In this document: positions 35,600-43,831 of the stretch, piece after piece
How positions within the stretch are numbered: the stretch's first letter is position 1
Layout of the letters: every line of letters begins with the position of its first letter
Assembly: GCA_964400355.1 (NCBI GenBank)
Contig: CAYNTO010000011.1
Span: 8,992 to 72,991 of the forward strand
DNA from: an uncultured Pseudobdellovibrionaceae bacterium
Lineage (GTDB): Bacteria > Bdellovibrionota > Bdellovibrionia > Bdellovibrionales > JAGQZY01
Direction: 5' to 3'
Length of the DNA: 64,000 bases
Made by a program: the position numbers and the translations under genes
Notes under the pieces: generated by a model
The model's input: the letters and a program-made list of their open reading frames with translations, nothing else
What the model was told of the DNA's origin: nothing
The model's database searches: none

Positions 35600-36672
35600 G
35601 AGCGCGGTCCCTCCGAAAAATCGTTGCAGTAGCTGTAAATCATATTGAGGTAGTATTGAATATTTTTAAGTTCGGCGTCGTTCATCCACTTTTTGGGATT
35701 TTTGAGCAGTACGCGCTTCACCCGCTCAGGCCCGCTATTGTAACTGGCGAGCACAACATTGGTCAGTTGTTCGTCGGTTGTGATGTTTGCGTCTTTGAGC
35801 AACTGTTTGTTGTCTTTAGAACCCCAGAAGCGAACGATATACTTGAGATAGCTGGCTCCGCCCTTCAGTGAAAGGTCGGGTTGTAAGCGCCAATCTGAAT
35901 CTGAATTTAAATCACCCGCTACTATTTGCGCCTTTACCTCAGTAACAGGCACGGAGCTCAGATCGCGGCGCGGCCACTGGGCGGTTTTTTTCTCGATCTG
36001 TTGGAGTGCGATATCTGTGATTTGCGTAAGGCCTAATGCTTTTGCAGAACTCACAGCGAGGGGATTAAAACCCGATTCCATAGCAACCAGGCCTGCAATG
36101 AGGCTTGCATTGAGGCGCTCTTCACGGCCCGACAGATTGACCATTCCCAAGAACTCAGGCGGTGTCTCAAACCCGTGGAGCCCTCGCGCTGGCAGTGTTT
36201 TGTAAATGGAGCAAGAAGGCTTAGTGAGTTTGTAGGAGTAAAAATGGAGATCTTCCTGGTACAAAAAGGCAATTTCATGGAGTTGTTTGGCGGATAGTTT
36301 TAAGCCAGAGAACTCGACACGCATGAGTTTTTCATTGGGAAACATTTTCACGCGACTGTTTTTTACAAAAAGCTCGGTAAGGTCTGTCGAGTTGTAGATA
36401 AGGCGAAAATTGCGAATGTCTGGAGCTTTTGTCTTTCCGATCACATCCAACCGCAGGGTGTCTTCTTTGTGATAGAACTGTTGGCGCGGAAAAAATTGAA
36501 CCGTGTAATGCTTGTCCGATTCTACAGAGATCAACGAGAGATCCGACGGTGCTTTGAGCAACGGCGTAAACTGGTGGGCGGCACCAAAGGGGCTCGTCGG
36601 TCCAGCACAGGCGGTTGCGCCCAAATAGGCAGCAATGAGAATAAAAAACTTCCGTGCTTTTACTCGAGTCAT
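35596..36672 (-). CDS. lytic transglycosylase (SLT domain) lipoprotein
   Basis: Lipobox 'LGATACAG'. SLT motifs are 'LVAMESGFNP', 'ALGLTQIT' and 'ASYNSGPERV'. Confidence 0.8.
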   Translation of the reverse strand: MTRVKARKFFILIAAYLGATACAGPTSPFGAAHQFTPLLKAPSDLSLISVESDKHYTVQFFPRQQFYHKEDTLRLDVIGKTKAPDIRNFRLIYNSTDLTELFVKNSRVKMFPNEKLMRVEFSGLKLSAKQLHEIAFLYQEDLHFYSYKLTKPSCSIYKTLPARGLHGFETPPEFLGMVNLSGREERLNASLIAGLVAMESGFNPLAVSSAKALGLTQITDIALQQIEKKTAQWPRRDLSSVPVTEVKAQIVAGDLNSDSDWRLQPDLSLKGGASYLKYIVRFWGSKDNKQLLKDANITTDEQLTNVVLASYNSGPERVKRVLLKNPKKWMNDAELKNIQYYLNMIYSYCNDFSEGPRS

Positions 36673-36823
36673 CCAGACCCTATTTTAAATGCATTTGAGA
36701 ACGGAAAAATGTTTATTTATGAATTTATCAATTTGAAGCGCGAAACGTTTTGCAACAGGACATGGAGTGTCTTGTTATGAGTTTACCTCGTTTAAAAACT
36801 CGATGCTATGAACGGGTGATAGT

Positions 36824-37615
36824 TTAAAAGCTAAATCCCACGCGACCGCCGACAGCGACTGTCTCATTTTTAGGTTCGAGGAATGTGGTTAAGCCGGGAC
36901 CGAGCGCGGGGAGTGAAGCGTCTTTAAATTCGGAGTCATCGACGGTCCAGATGCGCACTTTAAATCCCACATAATAGGTATTAAAAGCATAAGTCCCGTA
37001 GGCCTCAAATCCGCGGCCTTTACTTTGTTTGAGCGTCAGGTCTCGGTCGCCGCCCACGTCGGTAAGGTGCGTTTTATTGGTGCCGGAAAAACTTGTGGAC
37101 ACCCACGCGCCCACAATGAATTGCCGATCATCGATGGTGTTGTAAACCACCTCAATTCCGACTGGGACAACCAGGTACTGCTGATCTCGCTGGTAGTCGG
37201 CGCCGCTCTCATCATCAGCATCAGTGAGCGTCCGGTAGAAAATTCCAATCTTAGGTATGACAGCCCAGCCATATCCACTTTGGATTGCAAAACCCACATG
37301 GGCTTGGGTGCTTGCCATGAAATTCGTTTGCTCAAACTCTAACGGCTCGTTGGAAGACAAGTAGCGACCCTCGTACTGTGTTCTCCCGAGGAAAGCATCA
37401 GCGGAAAACTGCGTGAACAGAAAGTCAAAAAAGACGCTTCTAAAGTCGTACTCTACACCGTAGAGACCTCCTGAGTCCTTCATAATTCCAGGCTCTTCAT
37501 AATGCCAAAAATCGAGGCCGATGCCCAGTTGGTGATTGCGGCCTTCAAAGGGATTATCAGCCACGGCCCAAGATCCGCACACTGTGATAAAACAAACCAA
37601 AAAGAGTTTTCGCAT
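36824..37615 (-). CDS. outer-membrane beta-barrel protein (hypothetical)
   Basis: Signal peptide, alternating aromatic/Gly beta-strand pattern, and a C-terminus 'VGGRVGFSF'. Confidence 0.6.
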   Translation of the reverse strand: MRKLFLVCFITVCGSWAVADNPFEGRNHQLGIGLDFWHYEEPGIMKDSGGLYGVEYDFRSVFFDFLFTQFSADAFLGRTQYEGRYLSSNEPLEFEQTNFMASTQAHVGFAIQSGYGWAVIPKIGIFYRTLTDADDESGADYQRDQQYLVVPVGIEVVYNTIDDRQFIVGAWVSTSFSGTNKTHLTDVGGDRDLTLKQSKGRGFEAYGTYAFNTYYVGFKVRIWTVDDSEFKDASLPALGPGLTTFLEPKNETVAVGGRVGFSF

Positions 37616-37668
37616 AGGAAAAGTGTAAGAAGGAAATGTCGAGGAGTCGAGGACTATTCAGTCCAGGA

Positions 37669-38424
37669 TTAACGGTCGTTTCCGCCGTTGATCTGACGAT
37701 TGTACTCGGATATATGCATCCATCGACAACTTGTGCCGGCGAAATACCAAAAGCCGCCGCGGCACTGAAACGCTGTCACATTGCCGGTATTGTTCAATTC
37801 TACGTATTGGCTTGTAAAATACGCAGATGGGAAGAAGTTTTTGAGTTTTGATTTTGTGACCTCGCAACTTACCGAATAGGTACCACCGGACCTCGCCTGC
37901 GGGAAGTCGAGCTGTGTAGCTGGTAGAGCCACCTGTGTGATTTGATCGAAAAACGCATACTCACGAAGAATGCGCAATTGATCGCGATCATTGGTGTTGA
38001 AATTTCGCACGAGCATAGAGTCGAGCCCATAGACGCCAGCAAAACAGGTTTTACCGTCGTAAGTGCTTGTTCCACCGCCGCCGCTACCACCACCACCGGT
38101 ACCGCCACTGGTACCGCCACTGGTACCGCCACCACTGCTCGAACCGCCGCTTCCAGTGGATCCACCACCGTAAGTGAATGTGCCGTTGCCACTGCTAAAT
38201 CCACCTCCGGAACCACTCGTGCTGGGGTTACTTCCACCCGCACCGCGCACATTGCTCGAAGAGTGATTGCGGTAACTTTGTGAGGCAGCGCTTTCAGAAT
38301 CGTCACCATCACCGGAACCACCCGTAGCTCCACAGTTCTGAAACAAGAGAATCAGCGGAAACGCTAAAAGCATAGATAAATAGGATGGTAGTTTAGATGA
38401 ACGAAAACCCAAAATTGCCCCCAA
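37669..38424 (-). CDS. lipoprotein with long Gly/Ser low-complexity linker and Cys-containing C-terminal domain
   Basis: 'LILLFQNCGATGG' lipobox variant and a ~90-aa G/S/T tract (GGSTGSGGSSSGGGTSGGTSGGTGGGGSGGGG). The start is TTG 38424 or ATG 38373. Confidence 0.55.
   Translation of the reverse strand: MGAILGFRSSKLPSYLSMLLAFPLILLFQNCGATGGSGDGDDSESAASQSYRNHSSSNVRGAGGSNPSTSGSGGGFSSGNGTFTYGGGSTGSGGSSSGGGTSGGTSGGTGGGGSGGGGTSTYDGKTCFAGVYGLDSMLVRNFNTNDRDQLRILREYAFFDQITQVALPATQLDFPQARSGGTYSVSCEVTKSKLKNFFPSAYFTSQYVELNNTGNVTAFQCRGGFWYFAGTSCRWMHISEYNRQINGGNDR
38098..38133. repeat. 3 x 12-bp in-frame tandem repeat (ggtaccgccact/c) inside the Gly/Ser linker
   Basis: Units at 38098-38109, 38110-38121 and 38122-38133 (the last differs by 1 nt). 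They encode the SGGT repeats. Confidence 0.85.
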
Positions 38425-38528
38425 CTCCTTTACAGAATAGCGGAAGCACGAAAATTCTGCGCGAAAAAAACAAACGGTGTAGAGAATTGATCCAGATTTT
38501 TCACGAAAATCTCAAGGTGATACAAAAC

Positions 38529-38599
38529 GGTACGGACACACTTTTGGTTTCGCGTTGTCGCTGAGCAGGTGGGACGCACTCTAAAAGTGTGTCCGTACC
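38529..38599. repeat. 17-bp perfect inverted repeat with 37-nt spacer, immediately downstream of the 38602-39180 gene
   Basis: ggtacggacacactttt (38529-38545) and aaaagtgtgtccgtacc (38583-38599). Possibly a large-loop terminator or a structured RNA. Confidence 0.8.
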
Positions 38600-38601
38600 T
38601 T

Positions 38602-39180
38602 TTACTGACAATCGACGGGTAGGGTCAATGTGGTGATCTTGCTTTCGCATGCCGAATGACGACCTGCTTTTTGTCGAACAGTGATTTCCACGCTCGAGGG
38701 CTTGCCGTCGGCCACAACATCAGAAATGTTCTTTACGGGATCCACGATGCGAAGATTGTACTCGTTGTCGTAGATAGCCAAAAGTTCAGCATCGGTTTTA
38801 CCTTTGTTTTCAGGAGCCTTTTTCATCTCAAAGAGGATGCTTGCTTTTTCTTTTTTATTCTCTTCGGACTTCGCGTACCCGCAAAATTGATAGCGCTGAA
38901 CACCTTTGCTCTTTTTGCCGTTCTTGCACGTGTAGCGCACGTTGAGATGGGTTTGGTCGGCGTTGGCGTGGCCGTGATCGTCACCGGTGAGCGACGTGTA
39001 GAAAACCGTGCCCCAGGAGAACTGTATCGCTTTTTCAGTTTTATTGTCGATCTGCTCGTAAACGGGCAGGACATCGTTGGCATTTTTTTCCTCAACCGCA
39101 ACGGTGGCCTCGGGAGCTTCCGTGGCTTTGATCTCGTTGGCAGTTACAAATCCTAAAAGTAAGCTGAGTATGTAAATCAT
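38602..39180 (-). CDS. hypothetical secreted protein (192 aa)
   Basis: It has a signal peptide, lies 9 nt downstream of the LAS-peptidase-like gene, and carries 4 Cys. No family is recognised. Confidence 0.55.
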   Translation of the reverse strand: MIYILSLLLGFVTANEIKATEAPEATVAVEEKNANDVLPVYEQIDNKTEKAIQFSWGTVFYTSLTGDDHGHANADQTHLNVRYTCKNGKKSKGVQRYQFCGYAKSEENKKEKASILFEMKKAPENKGKTDAELLAIYDNEYNLRIVDPVKNISDVVADGKPSSVEITVRQKAGRHSACESKITTLTLPVDCQ

Positions 39181-39189
39181 AAAATTCCT

Positions 39190-39918
39190 TTATTTTGTGG
39201 CGATACCGGCTTTACGAGGACAAAACGGCAATAAAACGTGAAGGTGATCATGATGGAGTCGATTGAGGCTTCTGGAACCACTGTGGCAGTCGATAACGCC
39301 TTCATTTCCACAACGATTTTTTACTCCCTCGGACCAGCACTTGGCAAATGTGGTGTAAAACGCTTTCTTTTTTCCGCCACCACGATAAGAGGCCGCTGTC
39401 ATGGGAACATCGAGTTTTTGCCCACCGATGGTGACCTCAAAACCGCTGATATCCAAGGCGCGACCTGTAGAGTGCATACTCATCTTGCGACCATTTCGCA
39501 TGCGGCGATTGTTGTAACCGCCCATATTCTCGATTTTGATATGGCTTACGGTTCCACTATAACCTGCAGCATTAGCGGCCTTGGCCACGCAATTGGGAAG
39601 TATTTCATTCATCTTCTTAACGAATTCAACGGAGAGGGTTACTTGGGAGGGTTGGAAAGAAATATCGGAACCGGATTGAACATCGTAAAGGACGTCGCCG
39701 CCCATACCGCGCCCCTCGCGGGCACCGAGATCTATATCCATTCCCGAAGCAACACGGAGATTAGTGTGGACTGCGGGAGATTGAGTGGCGTCTCTGTTGT
39801 CACCAGAGGAGACGGTGTCGTCTTGGCGGGCAAACACGTTTTGGTTCGCGGAGGCAGAACCACCCAGGAACTCCACACTGATCAAAACCGCTAAAAAGAC
39901 AGTTAGTATTTTCGTCAT
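39190..39918 (-). CDS. extensin-like C-terminal / LAS-superfamily (M15-like) zinc peptidase candidate, secreted
   Basis: ATG 39918 gives the signal peptide MTKILTVFLAVLI. 'SMHSTGRALDISGF' (H..G.A.D) and 'HHDHLH' are LAS-type metal-ligand motifs. Confidence 0.55.
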   Translation of the reverse strand: MTKILTVFLAVLISVEFLGGSASANQNVFARQDDTVSSGDNRDATQSPAVHTNLRVASGMDIDLGAREGRGMGGDVLYDVQSGSDISFQPSQVTLSVEFVKKMNEILPNCVAKAANAAGYSGTVSHIKIENMGGYNNRRMRNGRKMSMHSTGRALDISGFEVTIGGQKLDVPMTAASYRGGGKKKAFYTTFAKCWSEGVKNRCGNEGVIDCHSGSRSLNRLHHDHLHVLLPFCPRKAGIATK

Positions 39919-40174
39919 ATATGTACTAACGGCTTTAAACCGTTGAAGTAGAGGTAACTTGAGTAAATCTAGAAATTTGTCCAGCATAAGGTCTTCCCCC
40001 TATAACCCCAATCTGCAAGTCCAAGACCACTGGAAAGGCCGCAGGCCGTCGTTGGCGCGTGCTGGCTGTCAGCATCCCTTTGTCCTGTAAAAGAATTTGA
40101 CAACATATTGGTCGCTCCATAACCTTTGCCTGAACTCTCAAACTGTAACTCTCAGGAAACTGAAGGGAGAAAAT

Positions 40175-42064
40175 ATGCTCATTCGCACAGCTCAGGAACT
40201 GGAACGTTTTCAGAGCCTATCTCAAACGCAGTCCGAAGAGTATTGGTTAAAAATTGCCCAAGAGTACCAATGGCAAAAGTTTCCCACTCGTGCGCTTGAA
40301 GGATCCTTTACGGACATGCCTGTGCGATGGTTTGCCGATGGTGAATTGAACATTACAGAAAGTGCCCTTGATCGCCATGTAAAAGAGGCGCCCGATGCCA
40401 TTGCCGTGCACTTTGAACAAAATGAACCCACAGCTCAAACAACGACGATCACCTATCGCCAGTTGCTCGAAGGAGTGAATCGATTTGCCAACACGCTTAA
40501 AAAGTTCGATGTGCAAAAGGGCGATGTGGTTTGTTTTTATATGTCTATGGGGCCAGAGCTCATGATGGGACTGCTTGCCTGCGCGCGCATCGGTGCCGTT
40601 CATAGCGTGGTGTTCGGCGGTTTTTCCGCCAGCGCTCTTCGCGATCGTATTCTCGACTCGTCGGCAAAGCTCGTAGTGACCAGTGACGAGGGCCCTCGTG
40701 GAGCGAAAACAGTTGCGCTCAAGGCCACAGTGGATGAGGCGATCAAGGAGTGTCCGTTGGTGAAAACAGTTTTGGTCAATAAACGCACCGGTGTAAAAAC
40801 GGCGTGGAGTGATAGAGATCAGGATCTCAGGCAGTGGATGGAGAAATCATCCATCGAGTGCAAGCCAGAGTTAATGAAGTCGGAAGACCCGTTGTTTATT
40901 CTCTACACCTCGGGTTCCACTGGAAAACCCAAAGGTCTCGTGCACACCATTGGTGGATACATGGTGTGGGCCGGCGAAACATTTGAAAATGTGTTTCAGT
41001 ACAAGCGCGACGACATCTATTGGTGCACGGCCGACATCGGTTGGATCACAGGCCACACTTATGTGACCTACGGACCGCTACTCAAGCGCGCCACCCAAGT
41101 GATTTACGAAGGCTTACCCAATTACCCCGACGCCGGAAGATTCTGGCAGATCATCGACAAGTACAAAGTTACCCACTTCTACACAGCGCCCACTGCCATT
41201 CGAGCGCTGGAGGCTGAGGATATTTCCTTCGTACGTAAGCACTCGCTCCAGTCGCTCAAAGTTTTAGGATCCGTCGGAGAACCCATCAACGATGAAGCGT
41301 GGCAATGGTATCACAAAGAAGTCGGTAAAGGTAAATGCCCCATTGTGGATACATGGTGGCAAACAGAAACGGGTGGAATCATGATATCAGCACTCGCCGG
41401 AATAACACCCAGTGTGCCCACGGTGGCCACGCAACCGCTTCCGGGTGTAACTCCCGTAGTGATGGACTCTAAAGGTCAAGAAATTACTGTTCCAGAGGCC
41501 GAAGGATCGTTGTGCATAAAAAAACCGTGGCCCGGTATTGCCCGCACAATATTTGGAAACCACACGCGGTACTTGGAAACCTATTTTACTACGTTCCCTG
41601 GATATTACTTTACTGGCGATGGTGCCAAGCGTTTTGCCAATGGTGATTTCCGCATCATCGGTCGTATCGATGATGTGGTCAATGTGTCGGGTCATCGTAT
41701 CGGAACCGCGGAGGTCGAGGACGTGGTCAATCAAAACTCGGCCATAGTAGAATCAGCGGTGATTGGTGTGCCTCACGCCATAAAAGGGCAATGTATAGTG
41801 GCCTATGCTATTTGCACAGAAAAGAAGACGCAACAGGAACTGCTCAAGCAGGTCAATGCCACAATCACCGAGAGAATTGGACCAATCGCGAAGTTAGAAA
41901 ATATTTTTGTGGTCTCGGGATTGCCCAAAACTCGCTCGGGAAAAATCATGCGGAGAATTTTACGCAAGGCTTACGAGGGTGATCACAAGAATCTGGGAGA
42001 CACATCGACGTTGCTCAATCCGGAGATCGTCGACGAAATCTTAAATATAACTGCGAAGCAGTAG
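40175..42064 (+). CDS. acs: acetyl-CoA synthetase (acetate--CoA ligase)
   Basis: 'YTSGSTGKPKG', 'WWQTETGG' and 'GLPKTRSGKIMRRILRK' are present. The ATG at 40175 follows a GGGAGA RBS. Confidence 0.95.
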   Translation: MLIRTAQELERFQSLSQTQSEEYWLKIAQEYQWQKFPTRALEGSFTDMPVRWFADGELNITESALDRHVKEAPDAIAVHFEQNEPTAQTTTITYRQLLEGVNRFANTLKKFDVQKGDVVCFYMSMGPELMMGLLACARIGAVHSVVFGGFSASALRDRILDSSAKLVVTSDEGPRGAKTVALKATVDEAIKECPLVKTVLVNKRTGVKTAWSDRDQDLRQWMEKSSIECKPELMKSEDPLFILYTSGSTGKPKGLVHTIGGYMVWAGETFENVFQYKRDDIYWCTADIGWITGHTYVTYGPLLKRATQVIYEGLPNYPDAGRFWQIIDKYKVTHFYTAPTAIRALEAEDISFVRKHSLQSLKVLGSVGEPINDEAWQWYHKEVGKGKCPIVDTWWQTETGGIMISALAGITPSVPTVATQPLPGVTPVVMDSKGQEITVPEAEGSLCIKKPWPGIARTIFGNHTRYLETYFTTFPGYYFTGDGAKRFANGDFRIIGRIDDVVNVSGHRIGTAEVEDVVNQNSAIVESAVIGVPHAIKGQCIVAYAICTEKKTQQELLKQVNATITERIGPIAKLENIFVVSGLPKTRSGKIMRRILRKAYEGDHKNLGDTSTLLNPEIVDEILNITAKQ

Positions 42065-42089
42065 TCACACCCCTGTTGAGTGTGCGCAA

Positions 42090-42635
42090 TTACTGGACTT
42101 CTTCCCAGCCTTCGCCGCGCTTGATGAGATCCCTTAAACGTCTGGCAGAATCATCCTGCTCGCTGGCTTTGCTTTCGCTCGCAGTATCGGCACGCGCGCG
42201 GGAGTCTTTACCATCATCATTTTCGCGCTCTCGGCGCCGATCTCCGCGGTCCACTTTACCGCGAGTGATTTTTCCACCAGTGAGTTGTTGTTCGCTCTCT
42301 TCGTCGATCTCCCCGGTAGCATCGTCGGGAAGAAGTTTTTGATCTTCCAATTCCGACAGGTCAAAGTAGTACAACTGTTCGATCGGCGTCTTTTTCGGTG
42401 GCTCGGCTTTTGGCTTTTCTTCCACCTTTACAACGGGAGGCTCGGGCTCCTTATAATTTTGCGCGCAATCGGCGGGAATAATTTTATTAGGATTGTTGGG
42501 ATCTTTAGCGCAGGTGAGCTTCCACAGGCATGGAATACGATCTAAGCCCGCGCAGTCAGCTATGGATTGTGCGTTGGAAGGCCCACTCGCCAACAGGACA
42601 GCTGCAATTAGAAAAAACCCACAGGATTTGATCAT
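42090..42635 (-). CDS. hypothetical secreted protein with 4-Cys N-domain and highly charged C-terminal tail
   Basis: ATG 42635 gives the signal peptide MIKSCGFFLIAAVLLASGPSNAQ. It has a Pro/Lys/Glu linker and an Arg/Asp/Glu-rich tail. Confidence 0.5.
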   Translation of the reverse strand: MIKSCGFFLIAAVLLASGPSNAQSIADCAGLDRIPCLWKLTCAKDPNNPNKIIPADCAQNYKEPEPPVVKVEEKPKAEPPKKTPIEQLYYFDLSELEDQKLLPDDATGEIDEESEQQLTGGKITRGKVDRGDRRRERENDDGKDSRARADTASESKASEQDDSARRLRDLIKRGEGWEEVQ

Positions 42636-42663
42636 ATATAGATATATCGGCAAAAACGCCGTT

Positions 42664-43095
42664 TTACTGGAGGGGGTGAGACGAGGCGATCGGAGTGTGT
42701 GAACAGTTCTTGTGGCAGTTCGCGTGAGTGCTGCAATATTTAAGATTGAGCATATGCGCCGACAATATAAGGATGCTCCCAAGTGGCAAAACATACGCGG
42801 CTAAGGCATGAGGGAGAAAAAGTGCAATGGATAGAACGAGCGCGCCGCTAAATGCCACGGGCAGTGCCAGCGAGTATTTTTTGTGAGTGCGGTGCATTTG
42901 CACGATGGTATAAATGCTCACTATGGAGAGTCCAACAAATACAAATTCCCACACTGTATCCACGTGATTGAGATCCAAATCGGTGACCGCTGGAAACACG
43001 ACGAGCAGAACGGGCAGAGCTAAGCAGTGCACTAAGCACAACATGCTCGCGCTCACTCCTAAATAATGGGTCCATCTGTGCTTCCAGGTCGTCAT
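42664..43095 (-). CDS. MerC-family membrane protein
   Basis: 'SMLCLVHCLALPVLLV' is the MerC-type Cys motif in TM1, and there are 4 predicted TMs. ATG 43095 is preferred over TTG 43143. Confidence 0.6.
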   Translation of the reverse strand: MTTWKHRWTHYLGVSASMLCLVHCLALPVLLVVFPAVTDLDLNHVDTVWEFVFVGLSIVSIYTIVQMHRTHKKYSLALPVAFSGALVLSIALFLPHALAAYVLPLGSILILSAHMLNLKYCSTHANCHKNCSHTPIASSHPLQ

Positions 43096-43328
43096 CGGAG
43101 ACCAAATTAAAGGGTTCCGAGTCTTTTTGCAACTCTTTTGCAAAAAGCTCCTGAGACATTCAAACTGATACAGCTCAGGGTTTAGACACGCTAATTTGGT
43201 TAATATAATCAGGTGTTTGCGAAAAAAGTATTAAAGTGGGAAATTTTTTCCTCATCTTATTTAAAGACACTTCCGATACATTATTTGAGAGACATCAATG
43301 TGTTTCTGAACCATTTATGGAGGTTAGA

Positions 43329-43712
43329 ATGCCCTACTCAAAACTAATTATCGTGAGTGACGATTCCGTAGTCATTCACAGAGGTCAGGAGTTCGCGCAA
43401 ACTATGGGTATCCAGTGTGAAGTACAATCACCTAGTTACTCGTTAAGCGCAGCACCGACACTTACGTCCGGCTCAAGCCCAGTGACGAATATGCCAATGA
43501 ATAATGTTGTTCAGTTTCCTGGCAATTCTTCTAATGGCGTGGCCACGATCAACGATCTCGAAGCGCAAGCTATCGAAAAAGCGATCGCCAGTTTCCGCGG
43601 TAACCTGACTGAGGCTGCAAAAGCTTTAGGTATTGGTCGCGCGACTCTGTACCGCAAAGTTAAGTTATACAATATTGATCCTTCGCAGGCTCGCAAACGC
43701 AGAGCTGCATAA
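43329..43712 (+). CDS. small Fis-family (HTH_8) DNA-binding protein
   Basis: ATG 43329 follows a GGAGG RBS. The C-terminal 'GNLTEAAKALGIGRATLYRKVKLYNI' is a Fis-type HTH. Confidence 0.7.
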   Translation: MPYSKLIIVSDDSVVIHRGQEFAQTMGIQCEVQSPSYSLSAAPTLTSGSSPVTNMPMNNVVQFPGNSSNGVATINDLEAQAIEKAIASFRGNLTEAAKALGIGRATLYRKVKLYNIDPSQARKRRAA

Positions 43713-43733
43713 GTTAATAAAAGAAGTAGGGTG

Positions 43734-43790
43734 TTGCCGACATTTGGTCGGCACTATTTTTAAAGACCGGCCAGCGAGCCGGTTTTTTTA
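43734..43790 (+). terminator. two tandem Rho-independent terminators
   Basis: Hairpin 1 is tgccgac/gtcggca (43734-43753) followed by 'ctattttt'. Hairpin 2 is accggc/gccggt (43766-43783) followed by a 7-T run. Confidence 0.8.
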
Positions 43791-43831
43791 TTTCTGGATC
43801 TACTTTTTCTGCCAAAATTCCGAACAACTTC

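Noticed and set aside
37869-38333. Alternative-frame ORFs (37869-38333 minus, 37942-38283 plus) over the Gly/Ser tract
   Set aside because: They are artefacts of the low-complexity GGN/ACC repeat, which is open in several frames. Only the frame with the leader and lipobox is credible.
39238-39894. 218-aa plus-strand ORF
   Set aside because: It is antisense to the minus-strand gene, which has a signal peptide, LAS metal motifs and operon context. The plus-strand frame has no start context or motifs.
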